Positions 8,480 through 17,472 are shown, counted from the first letter of the stretch. The stretch is 24,000 bases of DNA from Pantoea ananatis LMG 2665 (GCF_000710035.2 NZ_JMJJ01000005.1:1122145-1146144); one strand, 5' to 3'. Program-made: numbers and translations. Notes: generated by a model not told the origin, from the letters alone.

Positions 8480-9820
8480 CTATTTGCTTGCCGGTGATAG
8501 GCTCTGATCAACCTCGATTTTTGCGGCGCTTTTGCGGCCCATGATCAGCACCGCGATACCGCCCGCCGCGCAGAGTACCGCCAGTGGCACCATCGCCAGC
8601 GCATGGCTGCCGGTTTGCTCATTGATAATGCCGTAGACGTTGACCATCAGACCACCACCAATCAGATTCGCCATTGCGCCGATAGCCGCTAAGCCCGCCG
8701 CTGCGGTGGTAGAAGACATCCAGCCGGACGCCAGCGCCCAGAACGGGCCTTTCATGGAATAAGCACCAATCAGAACCAGCGACAGAATCACCACGCTTCC
8801 CGCCAGCGACTGCGTAAGGAAGGCAGAGAGCAGCCCACCCGCGATCAGGAAAAGCGTTAACGCGGTATGCCAGCGGCGTTCGCCCGTGCGGTCAGAGCTA
8901 CGTCCCCAGACAATCATCAACACCGACGCCAGGCCATAAGGAATCGCGTTGACCAGCCCGGTGGTGAAGTTGTCGAGTCCAAACGACTTAAGCAACTGCG
9001 GCGACCAGACGCTCAATGTAGAACCGGCAGCCGAAGCCCCTGCGTAAATCAGCGCCATCACCCAGATATGTTTGTGACGCAGGAGCTGCCACAACGAAAT
9101 ATGCCCAATCACTTTACGTTTTGCGTTCTCTTCAGCCAGCGTGGTGCTGAGCCAGTTGCGCTGATCTTCGGTTAACCAGGTCGCATTTTCAGGGCGATTG
9201 CTTAACAGGAAAAAGGCGGCGACGCCTAAAAGCACGGCTGGAATGCCTTCTAAAATAAACAGCCAGTGCCAGCCGCGTAACCCGAACCAGCCATCCAGCG
9301 AGAGTATTGCGCCCGAGATCGGTGAACCAATGAAGTTTGCCGCCGGAATGGCCACCATAAACGTCGCGATGACGCGGGCGCGGTACTTACCGGGGATCCA
9401 GTAGGTCAAATACAGGATAACGCCGGGAAAAAACCCCGCCTCGGCAGCACCCAGCAAGAAGCGCAGGAAATAGAGCATTTCAGCGCTTGAAACAAAGGCG
9501 GTGCAGACGGACACGATGCCCCACGTCACCATAATGCGAGATATCCAAATCTTTGCGCCAATCTTTTGCATCGCTAAGTTGCTGGGCACTTCGAACAGAA
9601 AATAGCCGACGAAAAATAGACTGCTTGCCAGACCAAATACCGCTTTGGACAGGCCGAGATCCTCGTTCATTTGCAACGCCGCCATTCCGATGTTGCCGCG
9701 GTCAATGATAGCGATCAGATAGCAGACGATCAGGAAGGGGAGAATCCGTCTTATCACGCGTTTTACGGTCTGCTGTTCGATATCGGAGGTTAATGCGCCA
9801 TTCGGCATCTTGTCAGACAT
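8480..9820 (-). CDS. MFS transporter, ACS family (paralogue of 7005..8357)
   Basis: 446 aa. By hand alignment about 60% identical to the 7005 transporter over a ~90-residue N-terminal stretch (RRILPFLIVCYLIAIIDRGNIGMAAL, GYFLFEVPSNLAMQKIGAKIW, AEAGFFPG). GAGGA lies 5 nt upstream of the ATG. Confidence 0.9.
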   Translation of the reverse strand: MSDKMPNGALTSDIEQQTVKRVIRRILPFLIVCYLIAIIDRGNIGMAALQMNEDLGLSKAVFGLASSLFFVGYFLFEVPSNLAMQKIGAKIWISRIMVTWGIVSVCTAFVSSAEMLYFLRFLLGAAEAGFFPGVILYLTYWIPGKYRARVIATFMVAIPAANFIGSPISGAILSLDGWFGLRGWHWLFILEGIPAVLLGVAAFFLLSNRPENATWLTEDQRNWLSTTLAEENAKRKVIGHISLWQLLRHKHIWVMALIYAGASAAGSTLSVWSPQLLKSFGLDNFTTGLVNAIPYGLASVLMIVWGRSSDRTGERRWHTALTLFLIAGGLLSAFLTQSLAGSVVILSLVLIGAYSMKGPFWALASGWMSSTTAAAGLAAIGAMANLIGGGLMVNVYGIINEQTGSHALAMVPLAVLCAAGGIAVLIMGRKSAAKIEVDQSLSPASK

Positions 9821-9868
9821 GGTGTTCCTCGCAGAATTGTCATGGTTTTACGCCTGGATATATCTCTT

Positions 9869-9896
9869 GTTTTACTCTGTAAAACCGTGGTGTACA
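9869..9896 (-). promoter_or_regulatory. second copy of the TGTACA / GTTTTAC-N3-GTAAAAC promoter-operator block, upstream of the second MFS gene
   Basis: The minus strand reads TGTACACCACGGTTTTACAGAGTAAAAC, 23/28 identical to 4358-4385. The palindrome GTTTTAC-TCT-GTAAAAC lies at 9869-9885, 48 nt upstream of the ATG at 9820. An extra half-site GTTTTAC is at 9845-9851, and a GTGTAC-AAA-GTACAC palindrome at 9890-9904. Confidence 0.6.
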
Positions 9897-10212
9897 AAGT
9901 ACACTCATTATCTAGTCAAACTTTTTCCGCCGCAGGTAAATGTTATGAGGTTGTGTTATTTGTCACAAAAAGGTATCAGCATAAGCGGCGATATGTGACG
10001 CTGGAGGAGTTTTTACGCTTTTAAACGGGAGCGATGTTGGGGAAATGCGACAGTCAAAATATCAGCAGAGACCGGCAAGGCTGGCGTTAGGCAGAGTCGC
10101 CTGATGGATGATGTGGCAGCGTCGGCTGCCGACGAGACAGAGGCCAGCCGCAAAATGGCAGGCAAGCTGAGGCAACAGAATCGCGCAGCCTCAAGCCGCC
10201 TGAGGGACGTTA

Positions 10213-10528
<316 letters not shown>

Positions 10529-10542
10529 TGTGTTAATCAGGC

Positions 10543-11455
<913 letters not shown>

Positions 11456-12003
11456 TAAAAAAGGCATCTTATCAGTTTCATTTTGCGCCTCAATACACCG
11501 CCACTAAAAACGTTATGTCGCGCGAAGGTCTCTTCATGTTTTCACTGCACGCGAGCGCAGACAGGCGAAAATACACCCAGGATAAGGCGCGAATCGATGA
11601 CCTGACCGACACTGACAGCGTTTTGTGTTGAGAGCGCCTTCAGTGCACGCGTCGAACGTGCCTGGTCAACGCATTCACGGTCATCCGGTAATCACCCGAC
11701 AGCTGGATTATCCTCCATGCGCCGCCATTTGCTTTCAGGTGACAGCACTCCGTTCAGAGGCGCAGGTGTTCACTGATAACAGGTTTCGCGATATCCAAAA
11801 CAGTGTTAAGCATCAGGCATTCCGAGATTCACGCTATTACTATCGCGAGGAAAAAAAATTCGCACCCTAACGATTAAAAATGCCTGATAAATAATAATGT
11901 GAAATATATTAAAGGGTAACAAAGCCCTGCAAATAACCAATCGGCATTGCATAAAATCCCTGTGGCTGATAAGAAATGAAAAAAACGGAGTGATGATTCA
12001 ACA

Positions 12004-12672
12004 ATGAAATATAACGCTTTGATAGCGGCCCTGTTTATTACGATCAGTGCACCCTCTTTGGCTGCTATCAACAGAGTCGTTGACGTCAAACGCCCGCCAA
12101 ATACGGTTAAATCCGTAAAGGTGTTTTTTACCGGCGCGGTTACGCTCAATAAAGTGATGTCGCTATCATCCGTGCTCGACGAGATCGGCCAGAATTATAA
12201 ATCAGCCACGCAGGTGCTGCTCTATATCAGCAGCCCCGGTGGTGACATTGATGCCGGAAAAATTGGTTATCAGGTCGTTAAAAACTCCCCCATTCCCGTT
12301 ACGACCGTGAACGCCTCCTCCGTCGAGTCCTCGGCCACGATGATCTACTGCGGCGCACAAAAGAGGCAGGTTATGGGTGACAGCATTTTCTTATTGCATG
12401 CGCCAACCGTTGGAAACGCGCCGCGTAGCAATGTCAGTGAAAATATGCTGGACGAGAAAACCGAATTTACCAGCAGATACCGGAACGTGATAAAAACGAT
12501 TTATCAGTCCTGCACCCACCTCACTGACGAGCAGATTGAAAAGATCACCTACAGTGAAGATAACCATAAGCTGCTGGACAACAAGCAGGCATTAGCCACG
12601 GGCATCGCCACAGGCGAAATGACCGATTTTCAGCCTGCTGATGCCGCGTATTATATTCATGATAATGACTAA
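12004..12672 (+). CDS. exported ClpP-fold (S14-like) serine protease with N-terminal signal peptide
   Basis: 222 aa. Signal-peptide-like MKYNALIAALFITISAPSLAA. The core aligns by eye with E. coli ClpP: LLYISSPGGDIDAG vs YLYINSPGGVITAG, VESSATM vs QAASMGA (Ser), FLLHAP vs VMIHQP (His), YSEDNHKLLD vs TERDRFLSA (Asp). No in-frame start upstream (TGA at 11977-11979). Confidence 0.75.
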   Translation: MKYNALIAALFITISAPSLAAINRVVDVKRPPNTVKSVKVFFTGAVTLNKVMSLSSVLDEIGQNYKSATQVLLYISSPGGDIDAGKIGYQVVKNSPIPVTTVNASSVESSATMIYCGAQKRQVMGDSIFLLHAPTVGNAPRSNVSENMLDEKTEFTSRYRNVIKTIYQSCTHLTDEQIEKITYSEDNHKLLDNKQALATGIATGEMTDFQPADAAYYIHDND

Positions 12673-12772
12673 AGGATGATGAAGAGGGGCAGAGCCTGCA
12701 AGTCAGACAAGGTTCGAGCCGTTGGATGATAACACCGCTCACTTACCCGTGCTGTGCTGGGGTTTTGTTGAA

Positions 12773-12801
12773 AAGGGCGCATAGCGTATGCACCCTTTTT
12801 T
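12773..12801. terminator. rho-independent terminator (plus-strand T-run; shared by convergent genes)
   Basis: AAGGGCGCAT-AGCGT-ATGCACCCTT hairpin (10-bp stem with one C/A mismatch) followed by TTTT, with an A-run on the left. Confidence 0.7.
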
Positions 12802-12864
12802 GACCGACGACAAGCAGGTTTTCGCCTCTTATGACAAGGCTTACATGCCCACTTTATCTATCTG

Positions 12865-13878
12865 TCACCACTCAACACAGATTTTGCCCAGATGCGAGCC
12901 GCTCTGCTGCCAGGCGAAGGCCTCGGCAATATCGTCATATTTAAACGTCCGGTCAATAACCGGCTTCTGGTTCATGCTTTCCAGCGCCTTCACGTAGTCA
13001 ATCTGGTCCTGACGACTGGCAACGATCACGCCTTTAATGGTGACCTGCTTCGCCAGAACAGACAGAATGGACAGCGTTGCTTCATCGCCGGAAATGATAC
13101 CGATTTGGGTGATGTGCCCACCGATTTTGACCGCTTTCAGTGACTCGCCCAGCGTCGCCGGGCCGCCCACCTCAACAACATGATCCACGCCCACGCCGTT
13201 GGTCAGTGCGAGGACGCTATCGCCCCAGTTCGGAGTGGTGCGGTAGTTGATGGTTTCATCGGCCCCCAGCGCTTTAACGTGCTTAAGCTTTTCATCTGAT
13301 GAGGAGGTGGCGATCACCCTGGCACCCATCGCTTTGGCGATCTGTAGGGCGGCAATGGACACGCCGCCCGTGCCCTGCACCAGCACCGTGTCGTTGGCCT
13401 GCAGTTTGCCTTCAGTGATCAGGGCGCGCCAGGCTGTCAGGCCAGATGTGGTGATCGTGGCCGACTCGGTGTGCGTCCAGCCTTTCGGTGCATGGGTAAA
13501 GGCATTCTCCGAACGCACGACATACTCACTGGCCATGCCATCAATGCCGTCGCCCGGCGTATGGGCAAAGCCCCCCACTTCTGCGGAAGGTTTGCCAGAC
13601 AGCCAGACGGGGAAGAAGGTTGACACAACGCTGTCGCCCACGCGGAAATCCTTAACGCCTTCGCCGACGGCTTCTACCACGCCTGCGCCATCAGACAGCA
13701 GGATGCGGCCGTCTTCGGTTGGAAACTGTCCGGTCGCCACAATCAGATCGTGAAAATTCAGGGAGCCGGCTTTGATAGCGACCCGAATCTCACCTTTGCC
13801 CGGTTGGCCCGGATCGGCGATGTCCGACACATGGATATTGTTGAGTCCGCCTGGTGCTTTAAGGGTAAGTGCTTTCAT
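12865..13878 (-). CDS. NAD(P)H-dependent quinone oxidoreductase / zinc-independent MDR-family alcohol dehydrogenase
   Basis: 337 aa. Medium-chain dehydrogenase/reductase layout with GroES-like N-domain (GEIRVAIKAGSLNFHD) and Rossmann segment VLVQGTGGVSIAALQIAKAMGARVIATSSS. GGAG lies 7 nt upstream. Divergent from an HxlR regulator. Confidence 0.88.
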   Translation of the reverse strand: MKALTLKAPGGLNNIHVSDIADPGQPGKGEIRVAIKAGSLNFHDLIVATGQFPTEDGRILLSDGAGVVEAVGEGVKDFRVGDSVVSTFFPVWLSGKPSAEVGGFAHTPGDGIDGMASEYVVRSENAFTHAPKGWTHTESATITTSGLTAWRALITEGKLQANDTVLVQGTGGVSIAALQIAKAMGARVIATSSSDEKLKHVKALGADETINYRTTPNWGDSVLALTNGVGVDHVVEVGGPATLGESLKAVKIGGHITQIGIISGDEATLSILSVLAKQVTIKGVIVASRQDQIDYVKALESMNQKPVIDRTFKYDDIAEAFAWQQSGSHLGKICVEW

Positions 13879-13980
13879 GCTTTTCTCCGTTAAAAGAGGG
13901 ATGTCTTAATCAGCAGTTGCTAAACATAGACCATATGTGCATTTTATTAAATACGGTCATTTAGGTGATATAGGTACATT

Positions 13981-14379
13981 TTGGATACTGTAAAAAACCC
14001 AAGATATGAAAATTACGATGCGGTGGCCTGCCCGGTTGAAGCCACGCTGGAACTGATTGGCGGCAAGGGTAAAGGGATGATTCTTTACCACCTGCAAAAC
14101 GAAACGCTGCGGTTTAATGCGCTAAGAAGACGGCTGGGTGATATCACGCCGCGGGTACTCACGCGGCAACTTCGGGAACTGGAAAACGTCGGGTTAATTC
14201 ATCGCGAAGTGTATGCTGAAGTTCCGCCGAAGGTGGAGTACAGCATGACCGAAGAAGGCGCTTCGCTTGCGCCCTTGCTTGGGCTGTTAAAGCAGTGGGG
14301 AGAGCAACACGCGCTGGCCTTATTAGGCAAAAAAAAACCCGCCGTTGTGCCGGAAACGTCCGAGGCTGAAGCACAATGA
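13981..14379 (+). CDS. HxlR-family (DUF24/MarR-like) transcriptional regulator
   Basis: CPVEATLELIGGKGKGMILYHL...RFNALRRRLGDITPRVLTRQLRELENVGLIHREVYAEVPPKVEYSMTEEG is the canonical HxlR fold signature. The start is uncertain: TTG at 13981 as in the track, with no in-frame ATG near it. Confidence 0.85.
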   Translation: MDTVKNPRYENYDAVACPVEATLELIGGKGKGMILYHLQNETLRFNALRRRLGDITPRVLTRQLRELENVGLIHREVYAEVPPKVEYSMTEEGASLAPLLGLLKQWGEQHALALLGKKKPAVVPETSEAEAQ

Positions 14380-14425
14380 ATGGCCGTGCGCGGTGCCCCC
14401 AAAACCTGTTATGACTGATCCTGGA

Positions 14426-14461
14426 CAGGTTCCTCCGCAGGATATCATGGGGAGGAACCTG
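14426..14461. repeat. perfect 11-bp inverted repeat (stem-loop) between convergent genes
   Basis: CAGGTTCCTCC (14426-14436) and GGAGGAACCTG (14451-14461) with a 14-nt loop. No adjacent T/A run on either strand. Confidence 0.8.
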
Positions 14462-14566
14462 AAACGCCGGTGGTGAGGTTCAGTCGTTCAGTACGTTTCC
14501 ATCTGCCACATCACAAGGTGGCCCGCAGCAACCGATGACCGGTTTTCTGTGCTGTCTCGCCATTGC

Positions 14567-15682
14567 TTATTTCTCAAGCACAGAAGCAACCGACTCACAG
14601 TTCACCGGCATCCTGTGCTCTGCCACGGAGACAACACAAAATCCGGCCGCATCTTTGCTATAATGTGCCGCCACACTGAAACGATTGTGGCGTTTAATCT
14701 CCTCAACCGGCGGGATTGAGCCAGGCACACCACCCACTGCGGTTTGCAAGCCTACTGTCCAGGGCTGGGTAAACAGATTGTCGTTAACGCTAACCGGCCC
14801 GTCGGTCGGTACACCTCGAATATAAACACTGCCTCGGTTTGACGTCCCGTAGCGGCCATAATCAAACAGATTATTGTTTATGATGATGTTTTTCCCGCCG
14901 TGGCCCTGCGCGCCCTTGTGCATATCAAACTGATGGTAAGCGCCCCGTGCTCCGCCATTGAGCACAAGGTTGTTATAAGCGTGATAGCCCTCACCGTCAT
15001 CGCCTTTTCCGGCAATAGCATGACGATTAGCGTTAAAGGTATTGCAGTAGATATCGGCCTGAGCATGGCCATTTTGTACCACCACACCGTAGCCCAGTTG
15101 GGTACGGATATTATCGTGGATAACGTTGTGATGAATTTTATTGTCGACGGACGTTTTTACGCTAATCCCGGCCCACGGCCAGTGATAAATCTCATTGTTG
15201 TCGATATCAATATGATCGGTGCCAGGTAAAAACTGGATGCCAATCGTTTTATTCGGCGTGTCCGGTTGTCCAGAGGGGCCTTCAATACGCAGCCCGGTTA
15301 TCCTTGCTTTAGCCTCAACAACATACACAGGATATTGATTAAGTCCGTCATTGAGCCATGGCGTTTGTAATAAAGCGCCCCGACTGCCTTTTTCACCACG
15401 ATTGCTAAAAAGCGTCTGCCCGGCTTTAATGCGCAATGCCTGTGGCTGATTCGGCACCGTGATGGTGACATCACCCGGAACATAGATGAAGGGATGATTG
15501 CTGTCGACAGCCTGTTTCAACGCATCGAAAGTGCGGACAGTAACATAGTGGGCGACGTTATCCGGCGTAAGACGATCCTGATACTGCGCCCCACCTCCAA
15601 TGACATCGCAACTGCCCACCGCGCTAATGGCAGAGCCGGATATCAGTAACAGGCCCGCTATGGCTATTTTCATTTTGGTCAT
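14567..15682 (-). CDS. secreted right-handed parallel beta-helix repeat protein (possible polysaccharide lyase/glycosidase)
   Basis: 371 aa. N-terminal signal (MKIAIAGLLLISGSAISA). Six Asn-ladder rungs 22-33 residues apart (IDNNEIYH, IHHNVIHDN, IYCNTFNAN, AYNNLVLNG, IINNNLFDYG, VNDNLFTQ), typical of PbH1 repeats. The likely true start is the second ATG at 15673, with AGGAG 9 nt upstream. Confidence 0.75.
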   Translation of the reverse strand: MTKMKIAIAGLLLISGSAISAVGSCDVIGGGAQYQDRLTPDNVAHYVTVRTFDALKQAVDSNHPFIYVPGDVTITVPNQPQALRIKAGQTLFSNRGEKGSRGALLQTPWLNDGLNQYPVYVVEAKARITGLRIEGPSGQPDTPNKTIGIQFLPGTDHIDIDNNEIYHWPWAGISVKTSVDNKIHHNVIHDNIRTQLGYGVVVQNGHAQADIYCNTFNANRHAIAGKGDDGEGYHAYNNLVLNGGARGAYHQFDMHKGAQGHGGKNIIINNNLFDYGRYGTSNRGSVYIRGVPTDGPVSVNDNLFTQPWTVGLQTAVGGVPGSIPPVEEIKRHNRFSVAAHYSKDAAGFCVVSVAEHRMPVNCESVASVLEK

Positions 15683-15729
15683 CTCCTGTCGACGCCCGAT
15701 ACAGGCCAGGCTGTCATGTACGCCGTTTT

Positions 15730-15750
15730 GCAGGGCAGCGATCGCCCTGC
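15730..15750 (-). other. GC-rich hairpin between the oxidoreductase and beta-helix genes
   Basis: GCAGGGC-AGCGATC-GCCCTGC (7-bp stem). No U-run on the minus strand, so the terminator role is uncertain. Confidence 0.4.
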
Positions 15751-15756
15751 CATGCT

Positions 15757-16356
15757 TTATTCAATGGTGCTGTCTACGACCGCCTGCGCTTGTGCAAACA
15801 GTTGCTCATAATGCGAGAGGCTGTCATCAATCGTCTCCTCAACACCCAAGGTGTTATAGAGGAAATGAACCTCCACGTCAGCGTTCTCCAGGTAACCCGC
15901 CACGCCCATTGTGTAATCCGTGATGTTTTTCTCCCAGCCATATTTAATAAAGGTTTGCTGAGAACCGCCGACCAGTGCCAGCCAGCGTACTTTTTTATTT
16001 TTTAACGCGCTGTTTTCACCGTAGGCCAGACCGTAGTTCCATACGCGTTCCAGATAGCCTTTGAGCATGGCGGGATAGCTGTACCACCACAGTGGAAAGA
16101 CAAAAATGATCGCATCACGATCGTCAAGCTCACTGAACAGACGATGCACCTCCGGTGAGTAGCGCTTAGCCGGATTTTGCCACTCGGGTTCGTCCTCTTC
16201 CCGCATCGCCGGATCAAAGCCACTACGGTAGAGATCCAGCGTCTTAACATGTGCGCCCCGCTGCTCTGCCCGGTGGCGCAGGCTTTCCACCATCTGTGCG
16301 GTGAGTGAATCGGCACGGGGATGTGACCAGACGATATACAGGTTTGTTGATTTCAT
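15757..16356 (-). CDS. flavodoxin-like-fold NAD(P)H (quinone) oxidoreductase (NQO1/KefF-like)
   Basis: 199 aa. LYIVWSHPRADSLT N-terminus and IIFVFPLWWYSYPAMLKGYLERVW segment typical of the Flavodoxin_2 family. GAGGTG lies 4 nt upstream. Divergent LysR regulator. Confidence 0.85.
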   Translation of the reverse strand: MKSTNLYIVWSHPRADSLTAQMVESLRHRAEQRGAHVKTLDLYRSGFDPAMREEDEPEWQNPAKRYSPEVHRLFSELDDRDAIIFVFPLWWYSYPAMLKGYLERVWNYGLAYGENSALKNKKVRWLALVGGSQQTFIKYGWEKNITDYTMGVAGYLENADVEVHFLYNTLGVEETIDDSLSHYEQLFAQAQAVVDSTIE

Positions 16357-16453
16357 CTTTCACCTCATCTTGTGTTGAGGCATTCACATTACGCTCGCCA
16401 CATTAGTGTGTGAAACGTATGATTTGAGATGGGTTAATGAGAGATTTTCACCA

Positions 16454-17359
16454 ATGAAACTGAACGTCTATGACTTTGCGACCTTTATCGCGGTTTCACG
16501 CCACAAAAGTTTTCGCGCGGCCGGTGACGAGCTTGGCCTGTCGCCCTCGGCGGTCAGCCACGCAATAAAGCAACTTGAGCAGCGGCTGAAAATCCGGCTG
16601 TTCAATCGCACAACGCGTAGCGTTGCCCTGACAGAAGCCGGAGCAAATCTGTATGAGCGTTTGCGCCCGGCCTTTGATGAAATCAATGTGATACTCGATG
16701 AGGCTAACTGTTTTCGTCAGACGCCCATGGGCTCGCTAAAAATTAACTCATCGCGTCTTGCCTCGCGCATGGTGTTAATCCCACTGGTGGCAACATTCAG
16801 TCGGCTTTATCCGGATATCCGTGTGGAAATCACAACGGAAGACCGGCTGGTCGATATCGTGAAAGAGGGATTTGACGCGGGTATTCGCCTCAGCAGCAGG
16901 CTTGAAAAAGATATGATCGCGCTTCCCGTTGGGCCCAAAATCAGGTTGGTTGTGGTGGCAACCCCGGACTATTTCGCCCGCCATGCACCGCCTGAACACC
17001 CACGTGACATCATGAATCATCAGTGCGTGATGTTCCGTCACGGCAGCGGTCGCATTTATCAATGGGAATTCAGCGGCCCGGAAGGCAGGCTTGAGATACT
17101 TCCGACCGGTAATATCCTGCTGGACGATATGGACGCTCAACGTGATGCCGTGCTGTGCGGTGCCGGACTAGGCTACCTCTATCACGAACAGGTAAAAGAT
17201 GAACTGGCAGCTGGCCGTCTGGTTCCGGTACTGGAAGCGTGGTTACCAGAGCAGCCCAGCCTGCAGTTTTACTATCCTAATCGCCACTATATGTCATCGG
17301 CGTTAAGGGCATTTATTGACCACATCAAAGCCGCTTCGCCAGCCGCGGTTAGCTGTTAA
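16454..17359 (+). CDS. LysR-family transcriptional regulator
   Basis: [41 protein letters not shown] plus a LysR substrate-binding domain. I place the start at ATG 16454 (MKLNVYDF...), the usual position of the LysR HTH, rather than the track's GTG at 16406. Confidence 0.9.
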   Translation: MKLNVYDFATFIAVSRHKSFRAAGDELGLSPSAVSHAIKQLEQRLKIRLFNRTTRSVALTEAGANLYERLRPAFDEINVILDEANCFRQTPMGSLKINSSRLASRMVLIPLVATFSRLYPDIRVEITTEDRLVDIVKEGFDAGIRLSSRLEKDMIALPVGPKIRLVVVATPDYFARHAPPEHPRDIMNHQCVMFRHGSGRIYQWEFSGPEGRLEILPTGNILLDDMDAQRDAVLCGAGLGYLYHEQVKDELAAGRLVPVLEAWLPEQPSLQFYYPNRHYMSSALRAFIDHIKAASPAAVSC

Positions 17360-17471
17360 GATCGTACTCTTTCAACTTACGCCACAGGGTGGTCGGGCTG
17401 ATGCCAAGGATGGCTGCCGCCCTGACCTTATCCCCTTGAGTTTGGGTGATGATACGCGTGATAATTATCAC
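17349..17471 (-). pseudogene. C-terminal stub (Fis-type HTH) of a sigma54-dependent / NtrC-family activator
   Basis: Minus-strand translation: (V)[39 protein letters not shown]. The AAxxLGISxxTLxRKLKEY motif is the HTH_8 terminus of enhancer-binding proteins. No AAA+ domain or credible start lies upstream (TAA at 17514-17516). Its last 11 nt overlap the convergent LysR gene end. Confidence 0.6.
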
Positions 17472-17472
17472 G
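17457..17472. promoter_or_regulatory. perfect 16-bp palindrome CGTGATAATTATCACG (CRP/FNR-like core)
   Basis: Read directly. Contains GTGA-N6-TCAC (CRP core) and TGAT-N4-ATCA (FNR core). Sits exactly where homology of the activator stub ends and the AT-rich tract begins. Confidence 0.3.

Noticed and set aside
11874-12149. 91-aa minus-strand ORF overlapping the ClpP-like gene start
   Set aside because: It is antisense to the signal-peptide region of the better-supported plus-strand gene and extends into AT-rich intergenic DNA. No RBS or motif.
13247-13753. 168-aa plus-strand ORF
   Set aside because: It is antisense to the quinone oxidoreductase gene, with low-complexity Ser/Pro/Ala-rich translation.
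16406-16453. GTG-initiated 16-codon extension of the LysR gene
   Set aside because: LysR HTH domains start within a few residues of the N-terminus. ATG 16454 gives the canonical MKLNVYDF...FIAV layout.
17457-17472. Fur box interpretation of the CGTGATAATTATCACG palindrome
   Set aside because: Only about 11 of 19 positions match GATAATGATAATCATTATC when aligned on TGATAAT. The half-site spacing is 7-0-7 rather than 7-1-7, so I kept it only as a generic CRP/FNR-like palindrome.
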